Shown: piece by piece, positions 40,445 to 53,480 of the stretch
Layout of the letters: each line of letters begins with the position of its first letter
How positions within the stretch are numbered: the first letter of the stretch is position 1
DNA from: Octopus vulgaris
Taxonomy: Eukaryota
Assembly (NCBI GenBank): GCA_951406725.2
Contig: OX597818.1
Coordinates: 61,318,001 to 61,382,000 of the forward strand
DNA: 64,000 nucleotides
Direction of reading: 5' to 3'
The notes under the pieces: generated by a model
The model's input: only the letters and a program-made list of their open reading frames with translations
Told to the model about the DNA's origin: nothing
Databases searched by the model: none
Program-made: the position numbers and the translations under genes

Positions 40445-41313
40445 AACAAAGCAGAAGTAAACCCTCATTATACACTTGTAACTTTTCTCAGCATTATATT
40501 TAGAATATTTTTCGTCTGTAAGAAATACAAATACAGAGTTAAAAAAAAAAAACAAATACATATTTCACACAGCTTTTCCTACTTGGTTAATCAAAGTTCT
40601 GTATGAACCATATTGTCTGTAAAGCCAAGTCCATTCTTTAAAAATTTATGAAACATCACACACAAAAACACACACAGTAAGACAAAACAAGATTTAGATT
40701 TTGGCTGTATAATAAAGTAATCTAAGTAATTTCTTTTATAAAATATTCTAACTACAGCAAATACAGCCTCATACACATTGGTTCGCAACATATCAGCAAC
40801 ATAAAGGCATTAATCAGTATGTAGAAAGGTGTTGACCAGTTGGAAAGTATCCATATTGCAATGGGAGTGAGGAGATAGTTTAGACTGATTAAATAATAAG
40901 TAGTATCTCAGCCTTCACACAGCCACAGAATTGTATGGCACTCTGCCTACGATTCCACTCAATTACATACCATTTTCAGATAGCAAACTACATAATACGA
41001 TGCACAGCAATTGAATTACTCTCGTGTTTGTATTGATATGATATATTTCTAATTCATTATTAACCTTTGAAAATATATATTAATCAAACAATATCTACTA
41101 ATTTCAGTAGGCCTACTTATCACAGAGAAATATTTTCAGAAGTTAATTTGAATGTGAAACAAATTTGTGGGTATAAATGCCTCGCATTAAGAATTCACTT
41201 TATCATCATTTACAATCTATTACGTAAATATTAATTGCACTTAAAGAAGGAATGCATTTCATTTTACATCCAACACAAAAGAGAAATTTATGATTACTTG
41301 ATTTATCAATCTT

Positions 41314-41316
<3 letters not shown>

Positions 41317-41363
<47 letters not shown>
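41317..41363. repeat. (CA)n microsatellite
   Basis: Directly visible. Confidence 0.95.
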
Positions 41364-41366
<3 letters not shown>

Positions 41367-43639
41367 ACCCATTATTATTTTTATGTTTAATTTCCATACT
41401 GGAATATCCTACTGGGGTCTGTTATTTTAGTAGAATGATTCTTGCATGGCATTCTGTAAGGTTTCTTCAACTGGATGACCTCCGCTTTATTAGTGTACTG
41501 GGTTTATTTTAAGATATCAATACAAGAGAGAGAGAGAGAGAGAGAGAGAGTGTGTCTTACCACTTGTTTCTTTGGGAGGAGCAACAGTCATAGGGTCTCC
41601 AATGTGAGATGCCTTATGATTAGGAGATTGTAGAGCACTCACAGCTAAGGCGTGTTGACCAAGGAGGAAAAGCCAATAGGGAATGGTGCAAGTAGTGAGG
41701 CCAGGAGAGTGTGAGAGGAATAAGTGCCGAAGGAGATCAACATAATCTAGGGCATGATCCTTTAGTCAAGAGACAAAGGATGGGGACTGGAAGAGAAGGA
41801 ACTGGGTAAGAGGAGTAGGATGAAATGGCAGGCTATTTTGAGGGAAATGAAGAGCAGGAATAGACAATTGTAAGGGTGGTTGAGGAAATAAAGAGTTGAT
41901 GATAGGTGGCAACAGGGAAGGGGTGTAATGGCTGATAGTAGAGAGGGACAAAGAGGGTAAGAAGAATGTACTAGACAGAAAGAATTGTAGAAGCCTGTGG
42001 ATGGTTCAGAGTGCTGCCTTATGCACTGGCCTAAGAGCCATAATCACCCACAGACATAACATTTTACATCCATTTTTCATGCTGGTATGACTCAGGTGGG
42101 TTGTCATCCTCTGACATCTGACTTAACTACATTTCTAGAATGGTTGAAGACTGTATCTCACACACATGCTCAAATTTTGAAGGGACTCTCACAGCTGAAC
42201 ACTGTACTTAAAACAGCTAATATCTTACATTTAAATAAGTAAGCAACAGTACTGAATACTTGCTGTGGATTCCCCAATAACTTATTGTAGATCCCGTTCA
42301 AGTAAGAAGAAAAGAAAGCTCTGTTTTTATCTTACAAAGAATAACTGCAGTTATACAGACACTATAGATGTTATAACTCATAGATGTTATAACTAATAAT
42401 GTAACAGATGTGAATCGAAAGACCTAATAATCAGCAATGTAACATGAGGATCTATGATAATGCATTTCATACATTTTTCTTTCAATAAATAATAAAGATT
42501 AGTGCTAATTCATAGATTTCGCCAACAGAGATATTATCAAATATAAAATACATATCTTTATATTTATAATATCAACTTAGACAGCTAATTTAGAAATAGA
42601 TGCTTCCATTGTAATTACTGGAACACAAATCAACATTGCAGTGTGATTTACAATAACAACACAATAGACTAAAATTAAAAAGTATTAGTGGAAAATGTGA
42701 GTTTAATTAGTATGAGAAGTGGTATGAGTGGAGGTGGCTGCTTTCATCATTCAGTAATTTATCATTTTGGCAACTATTTTTAAGACGTTTACAAATTTTC
42801 TATAAAATAATATAAATTATACAAGGAAATGAAAAATAATTAGTTTTCTATTGACTGAAGAAAAATCTTGTAGTAAATTCTATCATATAAAACCATGACA
42901 AATAAAACAGAAAATTTTAAAAAAAACCCATAATACTGTCAAATAAGATGTCTTTCAAACAAATATACCAATATAATAAAAGTCATTCAATGTAGACTTA
43001 AACTAATAAATGCAATATTACTTATAGTATAAGTGACTAAATCATTAATGTAGTCATGTTACTAATTAATGAAGTACTAAATATTCTGGATTGGATAGGG
43101 ATGCAATATTACCTTTTCTGCATTTAGTACTCAGTAATGTTTTAGGGTTTATTGTTATCCACCAAGCATTATTGTTTAGCTTTTCCTAAATCCAGCAAAA
43201 GGACTTCGGAACTTGATTCTTTCCAGCCCATATTTTTAAGGGACAATATTATCCACGTTTCAATTGTCTTTGAATATAAGAATTTAATGGCATTTAGCAA
43301 AATCACTACTTCATATTTGAGCCAGTATTTGAAACATACCTTACAAAAAGGTTCAAACATAAAATTCAGATCTTAATTCAAATATGAACATTGTAAGAAC
43401 CGTATCACAGAAGCAAAGGCTGCCTCAAGCAAGTTCGTATAAAACAGGTTACATAATCATAAACTTTTAGGAAAAAACCTTGACTTCACATCTATTGTAC
43501 AAGAATCCAACACATACATAGTTACCATGCACACATTGTTATAATTTGTTCATATTCAATTGATAAACCTAGACACAGCCAACCAATATACCTTACTATG
43601 AAGAACAATTTCACATCAATAATAGTAAAATTACTTTTT

Positions 43640-43992
43640 CACCAACCGATTGTGGCCGTTGCCAGCCTCCCCTGGCACCTGTGCTGGTGGCACGTAAAAA
43701 TAACCATCCATACGTGGCCGATGCCAGTGCCACCTTGGCTGGCTTCCGTGCCGGTGGCACGTAAAAAGCACCAACTGATCATGATCGTTGCCAGCCCTCC
43801 CTGGCATCTGTGCCGGTGGTTCGTAAAATGCTCCCACTACACTCATAGAGTGGTTGGCATTAGGAAGGGCATCCAGCTGTAGAAACACTGTCAGATCAGA
43901 CTGGAGACTGGTGCAGCCTCCTGGCTTCCCAGACCCCGGTTGAACCATCCATCCCGTGCTAGCATGGAAAACGGATGTTAAACGATGATGAT
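43640..43992 (+). mobile_element. Family C RTE-type 3' end
   Basis: Three GTGC..GGTGGCACGTAAAAA-type units, core, (GAT)n tail. Confidence 0.85.
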
Positions 43993-44214
43993 ACACACAC
44001 ACACACAGGAACAACAGTACAGTTAAGAAGCTTGCTTCACAATTAAATGGTTACAGGAGTAAAATACCACCATCAAGTGTTCTCTACTATAACCTTCCAA
44101 CGAAATTTTATACACAAAAACACTATGAAATGTACTTGAAGATACATTCCTTATTCTCAAGAGGTAGGTTCAAACTGCTGCCTAGTTTAACATTGACACC
44201 TGACCCGTATGTAC

Positions 44215-44268
44215 CTTTAGCAGAATTCATTCTGTTGCAAGCATTAGGGCCACGCTTCCTTAATTCCA
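44215..44268 (-). other. Candidate 54-nt symmetric (phase 1-1) exon, ELRKRGPNACNRMNSAK
   Basis: Minus strand: long T/C tract, then cttaatgactag|TGGAATTAAGG...GCTAAAG|gtacat; one open frame. Confidence 0.2.
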
Positions 44269-46063
44269 CTAGTCATTAAGAAAAAAAAAAGAAAAAAAAA
44301 AACCTGATTTAAAAATTGAGAACCTTAAGAAAAAACCTGAAATACTTAGGCATAACTATGATCAATATATTTTTTGGTTGATAGTAATAATAGTCTAAAA
44401 ATATAGTCTTTGACAAAGGATGTAAAAGCAAAATGCAGTTCATGGAGGTTATATTCTAACTATTCAGCCAGAAAATGTGAAGACAGAAAACCATTATGAT
44501 GCAAAAGTTTGAAAATATATGAATATAAGAAAAATATAAGGAGAAATACTGATACAATATTCGTCACGTCTTTTTTTATTAGAATATGTTGTAAACATTT
44601 CCTTGGTTTATACTTAAGAGAAAATTAGTTCTTCCTCGTTGCAAAAAAATGTATCATAACATCCTCTTAAGATTGGCAAACGTTATTGAAAACTATCAGC
44701 AAGCATTCATTATTTTTGCTTAGTCATCATCCAAATGTTAATTGCAAATTTTTATTTCCTACCACTAGCAGATATTTTTTTTTGAAAATTATATTTCATA
44801 AATTTTATTGTTCAAACCTTTCACTTAAGCTGGGAACATCTTTTAAATGTATATTTTGAGGAAAATATATAAACATACATGATGGCTTCCATAAGCAATA
44901 TATTTGCACTTCATTTTAAAAACTTTTTAAATCATAATAAAACCCACATGAATACATACGTTTGCATTCTGCATGCATATACAAGCCATTACCACACACT
45001 ACTTTCTTCTTTAATTTCCTTTCACTTGTTGAATAAATATAAATATATGAACTATGAGGAAATATATCTAAAATTATGATGAATAAAATAAAATTTGCGA
45101 ATCCATTCCATAAATATGTTAGTTATAATTGAATAAATAATATGAAAATCTAGATGTCTTCATATCATTTCATTCAAAAGCTTTTCCATATAAAATGATT
45201 ATAGCCATGTACTTAACAAGTGGCTGGACTAATGAAAGCATACTGAGATTTGATTCCTAAACATTCCAACTACAATGGTGTTGGATAATAATTTATTTTT
45301 TTCATAATTTCTTTCCTGTGAAATTTTGATGAAAAAACATGCCATAAATGTCAGCAGTTACTTGAGTTTATTATTTTTAATTTAGAAATACTACAAAATC
45401 TGAAATATGATTTACAGTGTTACAATGAAACAGGAATTTCTAAACTGAATAAAATATAGCAACCTGGCGTCAGTAGAAAGGAGGGGAAAAAGGGGGGAGA
45501 AAATCAATAAAAAGTATTCAAATAGTGGAATGGAACCACGATAGTAAAAACAAAAGGAGATTTTCAATGGATAAAGTTTTACCAAAGACTTTTTACACTT
45601 AACGTTGTGAAGTGTACTGCAACAGTAAGAATATAAATTTTCTAACTCTGCTGTCTTCATATAAACCTACTTAATATAGGTTTATTCTCTTTCAATCATT
45701 TCAAACACTCCCAGTGTTTACAAAGAACCCAAACTGAGCACTGTGAAATACTTTCTACAACTATTTTTACAACGCTAACATTTTCAGAACATTAACATCA
45801 AAAACTATCTTGAGTAGTTATTCTTAGACTAAGTTCCCCAGAATAACAAAAAGAAATGAAGATATATACTTTACTATTTAGATGTCCAATCATTAAAGAC
45901 ACCTATCATATCATTTGAACACAATATGAGATGCAGTTCCTGCATGAATTATTTTCTCCATCCTTGAGATGGAGAAAACAAAACTATATCCTTTTATAAC
46001 TTGTCACATATGTTATGTATTCTCTGAAAAATATTGGCAGCTCTCCATCCGGCTGCACCTTAC

Positions 46064-46158
46064 CTCCAAAGTACAAATCTGATTCAGTTTCCAAACTCCT
46101 GTATCCAATCCTTTACAAAATACACCTTATACTTAACAAATGACAAGAGTATAAATAA
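46064..46158 (-). other. Candidate exon (95 nt non-coding, or 47 nt 46064-46110 coding IGYRSLETESDLYFG)
   Basis: Strong donor GGAG|gtaagg; strong acceptor ttttctttcactttctgttttgctag; alternative internal acceptor gtattttgtaaag. Confidence 0.2.
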
Positions 46159-46866
46159 CTAGCAAAACAGAAAGTGAAAGAAAAGCAAAATGTGTGCACA
46201 TACACAACTGATATAAATATGCCAGGTAATATTTCTCCCATACCATTTCTTGGTAAAGAATCTGAGCAGTGACTTTCTGCAAGTTATTTTAATGCTCAAA
46301 AGCATGTGAGTGAGAGCTGTCTAGAACCAGTTGGGGTGGATAGGAATTTGAGATTGTTATCATTAATACAAAGTTTAAAAATAATGTAGTGTTTAAGAAT
46401 AAATCTAAAGCTTGGCAGAATGAAGAAATAAATGCAACATTCTAAAGAGGTGCAGTAGGAAAAACAGGGTAAAAGAAAAAAAAACAAAAACGAAAGAATA
46501 GATGTAGATATAGATGAAAAAAAATAAGGAAGGGTATCTTCAGCAAGTATGGAGGTGCAGAGTCCATGTGGATAAAGTAGCCATTGATTATGTAACATGT
46601 CAAAATGCACTCATGTTAGACATTGTCAAAAGCTTTTCTCAAGTGATGGACACTAACTTTGTCATATTTTCACAGGTAATAGCTTATGTGTGCCGTGAGG
46701 AAATAATTCCCAACGCCTTGCAGTGCTTGTATTTATGACCAGTGGAGGGAAGGTTAGACAAGATAGAGTGAGAAGAAATCCTTTACATCTGTATCCACTA
46801 CCTTCAAGCAATAAACATTTCATCTGAATGATAATTGAAAACCTGAGATAGAGTACATAGTGCATG

Positions 46867-47054
46867 TATATATATATCTATATATATATATATATAGTTG
46901 GTAATCATATTTTATATATATATATACATCATCATCATCGTTTAACGTCCGTTTTCCATGCTAGCATGGGTTGGACAATATATATATATAATAATATTAT
47001 ATATATATATATATAATATCATATATATATATATATATGATAATATCATTACCA

Positions 47055-47092
<38 letters not shown>

Positions 47093-47187
47093 GGTAATCA
47101 TATTATTATATATATAGACATTATTATTCTAATAATTATATTATATACATATATATATGATACGTGTATGTATGTGTATGTGTGTGT

Positions 47188-47244
<57 letters not shown>

Positions 47245-47250
47245 AAGAGA
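46867..47250. repeat. Complex (TA)n/(AG)n array containing a short family C tail (46927-46977)
   Basis: Directly visible. Confidence 0.9.
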
Positions 47251-47841
47251 TACAGTCAAGCGATAACTTAAGACCATTCTGTTTAAGACTGGAAAGTGAG
47301 ATACTGCAAACCAGGTTCTGCATTTTTACAAACAATGTTTGTCTTTCTCAAAACTTTCAGAATAATTGGATTAATATCGATATAGACTTCACAAAGGACA
47401 TCAATTAAACCTTCTGAAGGAAGTGTCTAGAGAATGAACATTTCGAAATGTGCTGTGATTCTCTAAGTTGGAAGAAACACTGGTTCTTGATCAAAATAAG
47501 TAGCAATTTTTCAGCTGAGTTGATCCTTATTGGTACCTCCATGGGAACATAAAAAAAAAAACATTAAATAAAGGACAACAGAGGGTGGTAATACAATGTG
47601 CATTAAAATGCATTGTGTTCAATGGAAAAGGAAAGTCAGAAAGAATTACAGACCAACGAAGTTTTATTGAAGTTTGAGAGAACCTAGAAACTCATTAAAA
47701 AGACAGATTTTCCATTAAAGTTTATATAATACAATGATTCTGCAAAGGTTAAGTGTAATATAAGATTGGGTTTAATTATAAAAGTCGAAGGGTTAATGCT
47801 GACCCATATTAGCAAAAATCAGTTCAGTATGTTATAAAGAC

Positions 47842-48158
47842 CTGGAGGTGCAGTGGCCCAGTGGTTAGGGCAGCAGACTCGTGGTCGGAGGATTGCGGTT
47901 TCAATTCCCAGACCGAGTGTTGTGTGTGTTTATTGAACGAAAACACCTAAAAGCTCTATGAGGCTCCAGCAGGGGGTGGTGGCAACCCCTGTTGTACTCT
48001 TTCGCCACAACTTTCTCTCACTCTCTCTTCCTGTTTCTTGAGTAATGCTGCGATGAACTGGTGTCCCGTCCAGCTGGGGGGAACACATACGCTACAGAAA
48101 CAGGGAAACCGGGCCCATGCGCCTAGCTAGGCTTGAAGAGGGCATAAAAACAGAAAAG
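47842..48158 (+). mobile_element. SINE family B body with Meta-like 3' module; 13-bp TSD
   Basis: TSD ATGTTATAAAGAC at 47829-47841 and 48159-48171. Confidence 0.9.
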
Positions 48159-48435
48159 ATGTTATAAAGACAAATTATCTAAATACCTTGACAGAAAAAT
48201 GTAATTCTAATTCTTTGAGCAAATGGAAAGCCCTGGTCAAAATTTTAGTACCCTTTTCTCATGGCACCCAAGATTATTAATTTTGTAAACTAAATATGAA
48301 ATATGATTTATGCAGTGAGCAGGCTAAATATGTGATCCCTAAATTGCCTTATATTAAGAAATTATTTAGCCAAGGGAAAAATAATTTCTGGACAATTTAA
48401 TTTGCCTAAGCAAATGAAGTTAAAACAACTTAGTG

Positions 48436-48701
48436 GAACCGCTAAATTACGGGGATGTAAACACACCAGCATCAGTTGTCAAGCAATGTAGTGGGGACAG
48501 ACACACAAACATACACACACACACACACACACACATATATGAAGGGCTTCTTTCAGTTTCCGTCTACCAAATCTACTCACAAATCTTTGGCTGGCCTGAG
48601 GCTATAGTAGAAGACACTTGCCCAAAGTGCCAAGCAGTGGGAATGAACCCGGAGCCATGTGGTTGGTAAGCAAGATACTTACCACACAGCCACTCCACCT
48701 A
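48436..48701 (-). mobile_element. SINE family A, 5' part only
   Basis: GAACCGCTAAATTAC..(CA)n..TTTCAGTTTCCGTCTACCAAATC..CTTACCACACAGCCACTCC. Confidence 0.85.
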
Positions 48702-49898
48702 TATATATTTTTACAATTTTTCCTTGCTTATCATTTCTCCACGTGCGGTCAACACAACCCCACCACTTATTATATATATATATATATATATATATAATGT
48801 GAAGAGATTAACTAAGGAAGAATAAAAAAAATGGTACAGACTTGTCCTTGTAAATACTTACACAAAACTGATAATTGTGATGACAACGACAAAAGTGATG
48901 ACAAAAGTGATGGCATAGGAACAGTTGCTAGCAGACACATTAACTCAAGAACTAAATGTAATGTTGCACAACAAACAGTAACAATGTATCAGAGTCGAAA
49001 CTAGCCTTTCTGAACATGTTTAACAGAGAGCAATTTTTAAAAGCATTAATTATCAAGCACGGTTCTGCAATAAACAAGTAGAAATATTTCTTTCCAATTA
49101 ACTACACAACAGCTAAATTATTTCGAAGCTGTATTGAATGTTTGTCTTAGTTTCAGTGTACATCCCCACCAAACCCTACTCGATAACTAATGCCAAATTG
49201 AAATCAATTCTTCCTCATTGGATTTATATGAGTGGAAGAAATTCTTCCGCATGAGAGCTCTGCTTGTAGACAGACTTGATTTGTTATCAATGATTATGTA
49301 ATCTTTCAGCCTCCAAGATATTTCACAGATATTGTTATTTATGTATATGGACATAAAACAGCACAATACATTTCAACAAATTTTAAAGGAAAATTAATTG
49401 AAATGCTAAAATCCAATTAATAGGCAAAAGAAATACATTCAATCTACTTGTTCATGTTTGTTTTATATCTAATAATTTTTGCATTATTTCAAATATAATT
49501 AAGATGGAAATAACCATTAAAAGATTATAAATTAATTTTATATATTATTCTTTTTACATGTTAATACCAATCAAAGAATGTGAATATCCAATCCATAGAG
49601 ACTATAACCAGCATTATCAAAATCATCATTCATTTTCCATGCTTTCATAGGTTATGCAAGTTTGCTTCATCAGATTTATTCTATCATCAACATAATCTTA
49701 TGATTACATTGTCTGCATTAGGATGTGTGTATTATAACAAGGTTCGTAACTAGATACAATACAGAACAACACGCATAGCAGAAAGTGTGTGTGTGTGTGT
49801 TTGTAAGAGGGAAGAAAGTGTTGAGCGAAAGAGGGGAACATAAATTGAGAAATGTACAAAAGGGAGAGAAAGAAAGTTTCAGGAAGATATCAGCAGTA

Positions 49899-49900
<2 letters not shown>

Positions 49901-49962
<62 letters not shown>
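49901..49962. repeat. (TA)n microsatellite
   Basis: Directly visible. Confidence 0.95.
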
Positions 49963-49964
<2 letters not shown>

Positions 49965-50999
49965 GAAGTGGGAACCAGTAGATATAGGGAAGGAGAGCTG
50001 TGAGGCATGAAATATATGGAGACAGAGAGATATAAAAGACCTAATGCTAATATGGGAAGCATGTAGTTTTGATTGTGTAGTATTTGAGAGAAAACAGAAG
50101 AATATATTGAATATTTCTTAATCTTATCCAAGCAGAAGTTTAAACATGTTCAACTGTCAAAACATTGGGTTGATAACAAGAATTAGTTATTAAAGTAATA
50201 AAGACTAGGGCATTGTGTAGAACACCAACAAGCATATAATCTGCTTTCTCTGGGGCCATTAAAATGTGTTGTGTCAACTGAAATCAATGTCTGTTGTTCA
50301 AACTTATTTCCAATACACAGATTATAATCAATTACGAATGGCTTAAAAGTTAAGAACATACAAAAAAAAAACAAAGTAAAAATCATAACGAAACTCTTGA
50401 TTTTTCTCCCCGACCATTGGTAAATAGCTTTATAAAATAAATTGAAACTGATACGTTTAAAAGATTTCACTGCAATATTTAAAATTAAAAAAAGTACAAA
50501 TTAGAGTACTTCAACTGTTTCATTGTTGAAATTTAAGAAGACATGCATAAGAAGTACAACGATAAAGCGGAAGCAATGAGTATGCAACAACTGGAGACAA
50601 ATGTGTTGGACATCTCCCACAGGATGTACACAGCAATTTACAAGTAGAATATGAGTTGAGAAGGTGGCATAGTAATATAGGCAGTAATTGATGATGTTAG
50701 AGAGAGAAGCTAGACAAAGCTGGATATAGATGGACAGGCATATAAATGAATTATGTTTGCTGGTAGGAAAAAAAAAAATTCCATGATCTGATTGATGGTG
50801 TATGGTATGCAGTGTAAAGATACACCAACAATGACATGAAACAGAAGATTGTAATATCAGATTTGACAATGCAAGGACTCACAGAAGGAATGATGTTGTA
50901 ATGGAGTAAATGATGCAAGCTATCCTGTGTTGCAAACTCATGCCAACGTGGTGAGATAACATTAAAAATAAAGCTAAAAGTAAATGAATAACGATTTTA

Positions 51000-51160
<161 letters not shown>

Positions 51161-52149
51161 AAAGAAAGAATCTCTCTTTCACACACATACATACACAATT
51201 GTGACTTATCTGTAACATACAAATATTCTATTTCAACAAAATATCTCAGAATGTTTAAATATACCAAGCTTCATCATAATCCCCATAACTATTTGAAATC
51301 TGCTCTCCATGCTAGCATGGATCAGATGGTGCAATAGGTTCCAGTGACTCAAAGGACTATGTCTGTTTGACATGCTTTCTAAGAATGCCTCGCTCTCTGA
51401 TGCCATCTGCTTTATAGGGTGTAACTGGGTGTTTTTTCTGTAGCACCTGCACTTGTGAAGTTGCCTTGAAACTTGCAAAACTTAAAGGGCCAGACTGAAG
51501 GGGTATATACGAAAAAGAGAGACAGAAGGTGATTGGCCTACTCTTGTGCTTCCTGACATTTCTTTTCCAATGACAAAGAGATGAGAGGGTGTCAAGATGG
51601 AACAGCTAAGGAGAGAGGACAGTGACAGAAAAAGAGGCAGAGAGGGAGTGTTATATGGTAATGGGCAAGCAAGAGAGCATCACAGGTGAGGAAATGAGAG
51701 GTATGATCAATAGGTGAGGACTAAAGTGAGCAAGGAGATGAATGGAGGAAACTGTGTATAGATAAAATGATGAAGATGGACCAGTGCAGTCTCTCATACA
51801 TAGATGCAATGAAGGATGAGGTGAGGTGAAGTAATGAGACTGATACGCAGGATAACCATTCATGGTTTGTGAGCTCCATGAATGTTGGGGAGATAAAAGA
51901 TGAACTATGAGTGAATGAAGGATGTGATGATGATAGTGAATGGAGGGAAGATGAGTAAAAGAAGGGGAAATTATCAACAGAGTGGTAAGATGGGTAGAGG
52001 TGTGCAAAGATATAACAAAGGTGTGATACAAAACAAACATATACAAATACACATAACAACACAAGTATACAAGCATATGTATACCAAAATTAATTCACAC
52101 ACACACAAATGTACACAAATAGACATATGCCTACATATAGCATTTAGCC

Positions 52150-52900
52150 TCTATTTTTTCATGTTGGCATGGGTTAGACGGTTTGACAAGTGCTGGTGAA
52201 TCAAAGGACTGCACTAAACTATGCTCCCAACCTGGCAAAGTTTCTAAGGCTGGATGCCCTTCCTAATGCTAGGCACTTTACAAAAAGTGCGCTGTGATGC
52301 TTTTCACATGGTGGCAGTGGTAGCAAGGTCACCAAGTAACTAACAAGGCAAAAACCCTCAACAGAAAAAGGGAGTAGTATTGAGAAAGGTAGCTTTGTGT
52401 CAGGTGATGAGAGGTTATGATAGAGGGGACAGAAACAGGTGTCATGCTGTACAGGTAAATGGAAACTTCAGGTGGAGAAGAGAAGAGAGAAAGAGAGTGA
52501 GAGAGGTGCTGATGGTGAAGATGAGTTAAGGTCCATTGATAGCTCTTCTGTGAGGCTCAACATCTTAAGATAAGTCATAACAACTTCATCCCACATCCTC
52601 TTCCACCAGTTCCATCCACTTTCAGTGACCAGTACATGTTTACACAACTGCCCTCATCAATATGCATCATATGACCAAAGTACCACAGCCTCCTTTTTCA
52701 CATGCTACATCTGATCCCTGTTATGCCTAACTTTTCTCATAAAACATTTCCACTTGATGTAGATTCACACTGGTGGCACACATCTATTGGAGCACACTAG
52801 TTTCCTCTCCAGACTTTACATGTCCTCTGCATTCAAGGTCCATGTCTTACTACCATGTAGCATAAGTGTTCAGGTGCAAGCATCACACAATCAACCATTC
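52150..52900 (-). mobile_element. Decayed RTE-clade LINE (ORF2 C-terminus plus family-C-like 3'UTR)
   Basis: Minus translation LCDAC..LMLHGSKTWTLNAEDM..EKLGITGIRCS..RRLWYFGHMMHIDEGSCV..WDEVVM..LSLTE; GGCTGGATGCCCTTCCTAATG core. Confidence 0.8.
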
Positions 52901-53119
52901 ACAATTTGGTCACCTAAACAACAGAAACTATCTACAAAATCTAGGCAGCCTCCTGTGACATTTGAGAAAATCTAATTCCGTGTGTCTGTCAGTGTTTATT
53001 GATACACACAAATTCCAACCTCTAAGACTACCAACATCTTTGACTGCAAACATCATTATGGGTGATCAGACCTTTGGCAGAGCAACATATCACTAATCAG
53101 GAGGCTCCTTTAGTATTTC

Positions 53120-53480
53120 CTTCACAAGATACACTATTTTTAGGATCCTTCATCACTATGTCACATATCTTGGTTTCCCTTTTCTACAGGTTTCAGCACT
53201 TCCTAATGCAGCTCCCATCGTCCTCCATTCATTGTCTATACACATCACATGCACCAAATCAATTCAGACTTCTGCCCTCTACATAACATACCATTTCCCT
53301 TATACCCAGTTGTTCTCTCAGTTCGTTTGTGCTCCAGCATTCAAAGCCCGTGTTTCACTGACATGCAGCATTGTGGTTTGAACACAAAAACAACACACTC
53401 GGAATTTCAGTCTGAGAGAGAGAAGGCCTTTGTTTTTAACAGAGATAGCAGCTCCCTGAATTTTTTTCCAGTTATTTCTT
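53120..53480 (-). mobile_element. Second decayed RTE ORF2 fragment
   Basis: Minus translation KKFRELLSLLKTKAFSLRLK..CVQTTMLHVSET. Confidence 0.7.

Noticed and set aside
40460-40545. Strong acceptor (gtatttcttacag) followed by DEKYSKYNAEKSYKC
   Set aside because: No convincing donor; the zinc-finger-linker resemblance is too short
43150-43400. LLLDLGKA RT-like motif; also faint transposase-like traces near 31300-31550, 33100-33300, 49000-49300 and 50200-50450
   Set aside because: Too degenerate to assign without a profile search
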